Shown piece after piece: positions 61,101 through 64,000 of a stretch of 64,000 nt of DNA. The first letter of the stretch is position 1. Every line of letters starts with the position of its first letter. Under the pieces are notes generated by a model, which saw only the letters and a list, made by a program, of their open reading frames with translations, ran no database searches and had not been told where the DNA came from. The stretch is taken from the NCBI GenBank assembly GCA_002189035.1, contig NEEC01000007.1, forward strand, positions 1,612,001 to 1,676,000, given 5' to 3'. The stretch comes from Utricularia gibba. Lineage: Eukaryota > Plantae > Magnoliophyta. The translations under genes and the position numbers were made by a program.

Positions 61101-63080
61101 TCAGTCTATCTTCACCGATGAAAAAAGGTAGTGCACAAAGTAGAAGGAGGTAAGGAAACCGACGGCGCCGGTGGAGAGCATGATGGCGATGGACATCAAG
61201 AGGGAGTAACCAAGGTAGAGCATGGCTGAGACCGGCCCGCTCAGGCTCTGGAGGTCGAAGACCAGGTAGTTGATGGAGTAGAGGAATACATAGAGGGAGA
61301 CTGAGCCAGAGGCGTAGAATGCCTTCCACCACCATGCCCAGTCCTCAACACAGAGATGCATGTAAGTCAAGACAACCGAAACTTCGGCGCATACGATCAC
61401 CAGCAGCGAAAGGACGATTAGGAGGAATCCAAACACATAGTAGAACCTCCCAAGCCAGATGCTGGAGAGGATGAAGAAGAGCTCAATGAAGAGAGTGCCA
61501 AATGGGAGAGTCCCCGCTCCGAGAATGAGTAGCCAGGAGGGGTATTTGCGTGCCGGGATCTCTCTGGGGATCTGGTTGGTGCGGACAGGATACTGGATGG
61601 GCGTAGCCCTTGTACCCAAGTGACCACCCAAGAGAGTCAGAGGCACCGAGATGCAAAACCAGAGGGCCAGCAGTCTGAAATACAAGGAAATGGGTATAGC
61701 CCCCGTGCTTTTGCTTCCCCAAAGGATGAAGTTCAAGATGGTAAGAATAGCAAACGCGATTCCAGAGAAGAAACATGCAATTGACCAGGAAACCGATCGC
61801 CACCCTTCAGTGGATCCTTTCATAGTTGCCCACAGCCGTACACCAACATAGCCGGCTGCAATTCCGAGGAAAAGATAAAGCATTATCATCCCAGTCAATA
61901 GCATTCCCCGAGAAGCAGGTGAAATGAAACCCAACGCTGCAAAAACGATAGTGACAACTGCCATCCCGGTAATCTGAACTCCATCACCGACCATCACACA
62001 GAGTAACTTTGGATGAGATGGTTCTCTAAACACATCACCGACCACAAGCTTCCACCCTGAAAGCTCTTCATTCATCTGGGCCTGAGCTTCCTTATCCAAT
62101 TCTTCGTACCTTGTAAGATCCCTTCTGACTGTCCTCAAAAATATGACAAACACAATGCCAGCTAAAAAGAAAATCACCATTAAAGAGTTGAGAATTGAAA
62201 ACCAGTGCACACGAGCACCCTCCATCTTCAAATAGACATCCCACCTCGATGGCCACCGGATGTCACTTTTCACAAACTCCACCTCATATGTAAATGTGAC
62301 TCTTTCCTTCTCTCGTATCATCTGAGAATTCTCCAGTTCCTGAGGGCAGTCCACTGGCTCAATTGTATCATACATGTGGAGTTTTGACATCTTTTCAGGA
62401 TCCCGCTTTACACTGCAGGGGAAAACCTCAAAGCCAACAATTTCATACCCAGAAGCCTTTTTGTTATCAACATCTGATATAACACCAAAGCCCTCTTCCC
62501 CTGTGCCAATTATCTGCACACCAGCTCCTTCGTACTCATGAATCAGTACTTTAAATTTCAGATGGTTGATGATGTAGTCATCATTGCTGTTTGGAGGAGT
62601 ATACCCCACGGTGTAACCAGTCCACAGGATTTTAACCCCATTTTGGATGGCATACCTCATAGCTGGTAGATTGTCAAGAATCATGTTAACTTGATACAGA
62701 TCCCTAGTCCTCTGCTTCAAAAGCTTGACCTCATACTCGCTCAATGGAGAAGTGATACAGAGGAACAAAGATTCACTGACATTCATACGGAAGCGGTAAG
62801 GGGAACTGAAAATCTGATCACCCATCAGCAGCTCTCCAAGATTTTCAGCACTTTTCTTGATGTTGTCGATAGGTTCACAATAAGGAAGACTATAATAGCT
62901 GAAAGGCAGCTCTGTTTCTATAGATGTCAAAGAATTCACCTTCGCGTAGATTTCATCGCCACTTGAATATGTGTGCATATAGCTCCCAGGAAGATAAAAC
63001 GCATTGCATGCTCGGAGTAAGAAGAACAAGTATGCTAATAGAAGAGAGAATTTCTGTCTAGAAATAAAAAATAAGGCCAT
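61101..63080 (-). CDS. TMN12: Transmembrane 9 superfamily / EMP70 protein (TMN11/12 clade), intronless CDS
   Basis: Signal peptide, then FYLPGSYMHTY..KVNSLTSIETELPFSYYSLPYC, WPSRWD.YL, GWKLVVGDVFR, nine TM segments and a C-terminal KID (KXD/E) motif. ATG at 63080. Confidence 0.9.
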   Translation of the reverse strand: MALFFISRQKFSLLLAYLFFLLRACNAFYLPGSYMHTYSSGDEIYAKVNSLTSIETELPFSYYSLPYCEPIDNIKKSAENLGELLMGDQIFSSPYRFRMNVSESLFLCITSPLSEYEVKLLKQRTRDLYQVNMILDNLPAMRYAIQNGVKILWTGYTVGYTPPNSNDDYIINHLKFKVLIHEYEGAGVQIIGTGEEGFGVISDVDNKKASGYEIVGFEVFPCSVKRDPEKMSKLHMYDTIEPVDCPQELENSQMIREKERVTFTYEVEFVKSDIRWPSRWDVYLKMEGARVHWFSILNSLMVIFFLAGIVFVIFLRTVRRDLTRYEELDKEAQAQMNEELSGWKLVVGDVFREPSHPKLLCVMVGDGVQITGMAVVTIVFAALGFISPASRGMLLTGMIMLYLFLGIAAGYVGVRLWATMKGSTEGWRSVSWSIACFFSGIAFAILTILNFILWGSKSTGAIPISLYFRLLALWFCISVPLTLLGGHLGTRATPIQYPVRTNQIPREIPARKYPSWLLILGAGTLPFGTLFIELFFILSSIWLGRFYYVFGFLLIVLSLLVIVCAEVSVVLTYMHLCVEDWAWWWKAFYASGSVSLYVFLYSINYLVFDLQSLSGPVSAMLYLGYSLLMSIAIMLSTGAVGFLTSFYFVHYLFSSVKID

Positions 63081-64000
63081 CGCAGAACAGGCAGGTTGCA
63101 CAGAGAAATCTTCAAACAAATAAGTCAGCTGTTGGAAAATCAAATCTGCAAAAGGGAAAAAAAATAATTTAGCGAGCTCTTTGTGCAAGTTCATTGCTGA
63201 AGTGCCAAAAATGATTTCATGAAATCCTTTGCAGTCATAAGTTAGTTATCAAAGAGAAGAGAATACCTACAGCATGCATCCATACTGTAAAACACAATCA
63301 CACATAAAAATAAGATCACTTTAGAGAGCATTTGAACTTACGGAAATTTGGCCCTCAATTCGAAAATTTGGTTTGGAAGAAATAAGTCTAAGAAAAAACA
63401 GGACCAGCAAGAGGAGTGAAGGTGACTATGGTGCCGGTCGAACAAGCAGGAGGACGTGTACTTCCTTCAGAAAACCACATAAACCTAGGATTTGGGTAAT
63501 AGGCAATGGCGGATCTACGATTATCGAACAATCCCAACTCATAAGACCAAATCACCTGGATCCGCGACAAAATATTACGGAATTAGGCACAGCAAATCCA
63601 TAAATCCCCTAAACCACTACGCGCAAAAAAAAAAAAAAAAAATTCCCCAGCCGTTAAAATCAAGAACAAACCAACAAGGACTCTAGCTTAAACCATCAAA
63701 ACCCAAACTCCATTCACAATCACATCTCTCAATCTCTCCCACTATTTAAAAAATTCCCATTTCAAGAACAAATCCAAATCTCAAGTCTTGTAGTACCCAA
63801 AGAGCAATGAATCTTACATTGATTCCCAGATCATTCTTCCCTCTCCGTACATGGCCGGTGTACGAAAGCGAGTGTAACTGGAAGGTGAGGCGTCCTAAGT
63901 TCATGATAAAGGCGTTTAACGCGTACTTGGTTCACGATAAAGACGTTGGGGGTTCCCTATGTTGGGCCTGGACGAATTTGTAGAACATGGGCCCCAATCA

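Noticed and set aside
63081-63194. N-terminal extensions from the ORF track (TMN12, EMB2261, EME1, both methylesterases, BCH, HCF106)
   Set aside because: They use non-ATG or intronic/UTR starts. Downstream ATGs match homolog N-termini and targeting peptides.

Overview
Plant (eudicot) nuclear DNA with very high gene density: about 23 loci in 64 kb, many introns of 63-80 bp and short AT-rich spacers. This is consistent with a miniaturised genome such as Lentibulariaceae (Genlisea/Utricularia); the taxon is inferred, not proven. Loci in order: DIM1A (5' partial), SHOC1, an E-class PPR, EME1, two frameshifted tandem HMA/HPP copies, Pol III subunit RPC3, a TKI1-like gene, CYP715, the mitochondrial ATP synthase 6 kDa subunit, a PUB32/33-like U-box pseudokinase, HCF106/TatB, a DUF819 membrane protein, beta-carotene hydroxylase, two tandem SABP2-like methylesterases, a HIPP, an inactive LRR-III receptor kinase, SIG5, SWEET3, a DYW PPR (EMB2261-like), SRAP/HMCES and TMN12/EMP70. 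No rRNA, tRNA, CRISPR array or intact transposon was found. I cannot support a wholly new biological system here. The best leads are signs of genome compaction: a SHOC1 that appears to lack a conserved ~250-aa central block and starts only 97 bp after the upstream PPR stop, a methylesterase duplication with resolvable breakpoints and a microhomology-flanked 539-bp indel, an apparent intron loss in BCH, two GC-AG introns, and two HPP paralogs each disabled by a different 1-bp deletion. All exon boundaries were read by eye. Homolog comparisons are from memory and need alignment.
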